A stretch of 42,095 bases of DNA from a virus. The DNA is taken from positions 1 through 42,095 of the IMG/VR virus record IMGVR_UViG_3300045988_011437, one strand, 5' to 3'. Positions 41,110 to 42,095 of the stretch are shown in pieces. The translations under genes were made by a program, and so were the position numbers. A model generated the notes under the pieces. That model was not told where the DNA came from and ran no database searches. It saw only the letters and a program-made list of their open reading frames with translations. Each line of letters begins with the position of its first letter. The first letter of the stretch is position 1.

Positions 41110-41484
41110 ATGGCGGAGATCACGCTGAAATACGCAGAGGGATATGAGGTACGCTGCCCGCTGTGCGGTACGCCGGAAAGCCAAAGCCCGGTACGCTATC
41201 CGGACGCGCAGAAGCCGGGGGAGAGATGGATAACGTGCAGCAAGTGCGGCATATCATACAAGTCGCTAGTGTGGCAAGCGGCGGGAGGCGGAGTTAAAGG
41301 CAATGCGCGGACGTTGGACGCGGTAGAGGTGGTGCGGTGCAAGGACTGCAAGCATTACGATCTGGGCGTATGCCTGAAAATTTACTCGGACGGCAACGTA
41401 CACTCAGTGGCATGGCAGAAGCGCAAGCCGGAGGACTTCTGTTCCTACGGTGAACGAAAGGACGGAGCCAATGCAGAAGGGTGA
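41110..41484 (+). CDS. Cys-motif protein, member 3 (N-terminal zinc ribbon plus VVRCKDCKHY ... FCSYGERK)
   Basis: ATG 41110 follows GAGGAGG. CPLCG ... CSKCG. Confidence 0.5.
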   Translation: MAEITLKYAEGYEVRCPLCGTPESQSPVRYPDAQKPGERWITCSKCGISYKSLVWQAAGGGVKGNARTLDAVEVVRCKDCKHYDLGVCLKIYSDGNVHSVAWQKRKPEDFCSYGERKDGANAEG

Positions 41485-41665
41485 TATCGTGCGTGCGCGG
41501 TTTCTGACGATGCCGGAGCCGTTCCCCGGTGCCGGGGCGACAAAGGACAATCTGTCCCCTGTGCGCAAGGCGACGGTGGTGTATGTGCATCCGAAGGGGC
41601 GGTACATCGTGGCGGAGTGCGGCGGGGTGCGGGAGACGTTCTTCCCGGAGGAGGTGCTGACATGA
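41471..41665 (+). CDS. Hypothetical small protein
   Basis: 64-aa ORF overlapping both neighbours. Confidence 0.45.
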   Translation: MQKGDIVRARFLTMPEPFPGAGATKDNLSPVRKATVVYVHPKGRYIVAECGGVRETFFPEEVLT

Positions 41666-41895
41666 GCGAATTCCCGGAACGGCTGAGAAAGCTGCGGGAG
41701 AGAAAGAGGCTGAAGCGGTATGTGCTGTCGGAGCGCTGTGGGCTGAATTCAGATGCTATACGCCGGTACGAGCTGGGGACGGCGAAGCCGACGATGGATG
41801 CGCTGAAGAGTATAGCGGATGAATTCGGCGTGTCGGTGGACTATCTGATGGGCAGGACGGACTATCCCTGCGTGGTAGATGTTGCCGAAAAATAA
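41662..41895 (+). CDS. XRE-family HTH protein, last early gene directly upstream of the late cassette
   Basis: FPERLRKLRERKRLKRYVLSERCGLNSDAIRRYELG..KPTMDALKSIADEFGVSVDYLMGR. Confidence 0.7.
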   Translation: MSEFPERLRKLRERKRLKRYVLSERCGLNSDAIRRYELGTAKPTMDALKSIADEFGVSVDYLMGRTDYPCVVDVAEK

Positions 41896-41898
41896 TTT

Positions 41899-41927
41899 TT
41901 GAAAATTCCACTTAAAAGTGGAAAAAT
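41899..41927 (+). promoter_or_regulatory. Candidate late promoter, copy B: TTGAAA-17 nt-AAAAAT with palindrome TTCCACTT-AA-AAGTGGAA
   Basis: Same sequence and spacing as 4961..4989, except that the central dinucleotide of the palindrome is inverted. Confidence 0.45.
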
Positions 41928-41948
41928 TGAAAAAACGCACTTTATCAT

Positions 41949-41994
41949 GGGAGATGCAGGGGCGAACTCTGCATCTCCATTCTTTTTCTTTTCC
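41949..41994 (+). terminator. Conserved stem-loop plus T-tract, copy B
   Basis: GGAGATGCAG / GGGCGAACT / CTGCATCTCC, then ATTCTTTTTCTTTT. It starts 22 nt after the -10, as in copy A. Confidence 0.55.
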
Positions 41995-42044
41995 CCCTTC
42001 TTTACCTGATGGGCGGGGCTTCGGCTCCGCCCGGAGGGAGCAAT

Positions 42045-42095
42045 ATGCGGCATAGGTGCCCCGTAAGGGGAGACCACAGCGAGTGACGGGGACTT
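42045..42095. repeat. Terminal 51-bp direct repeat identical to 1..51
   Basis: Exact identity, read directly. Confidence 0.95.

Overview
The window is a complete, circularly closed temperate phage genome. Bases 1..51 are identical to 42045..42095, so the unique length is 42044 bp. Coding sequence is GC-rich, uses GGAGG-type ribosome-binding sites and carries gene families typical of phages of high-GC Clostridia; the host assignment is inference only.

Gene layout:
- Plus strand, late genes: terS, a free-standing HNH endonuclease, terL, portal, a Prp-type protease, scaffold and an N4-gp56-like major capsid protein.
- Fibre and receptor-binding genes follow, then an embedded lysis cassette (holin plus amidase), connector and tail-like genes, and a 2369-aa giant virion-type protein.
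- Next come a small sigma-region-4-like regulator and a six-gene cargo block bounded by terminators.
- Minus strand, lysogeny genes: attP (a tRNA 3' fragment), a tyrosine integrase, a membrane-anchored HTH protein, two lipoproteins and a CI-like repressor.
- A divergent CI/Cro switch leads into the plus-strand early genes: excisionase-like protein, 3D-domain protein, Rad52-like SSAP, YqaJ exonuclease, NinB, SSB and a G39P-like loader.
- The early block continues with DUF1064, a PP-loop/PAPS-reductase-like enzyme, a C5 methyltransferase, a Lar-like anti-restriction protein and many small Cys-rich proteins.

I saw no rRNA, complete tRNA or CRISPR array.

Most notable observations:
1. A promoter-palindrome-hairpin cassette occurs twice, ahead of terS and ahead of the scaffold gene. 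The hairpin shows compensatory base changes between copies, which suggests antitermination-type late control.
2. The terL frame is broken inside the Walker A motif at GGT TAG GGC.
3. A phage Prp protease is paired with an L-x-L-F-D-G motif at the N-termini of both scaffold and capsid.
4. The giant HExxH-containing protein sits in a genome with no tape-measure gene.
5. The cargo block next to attP is uncharacterised and includes a BclA-C-like/C1q-like protein, Cys-rich proteins and a repeat-rich protein.
6. An 11-bp iteron array plus a polypurine tract is a candidate origin.

All functional calls rest on motif recognition by eye. No database search was run.
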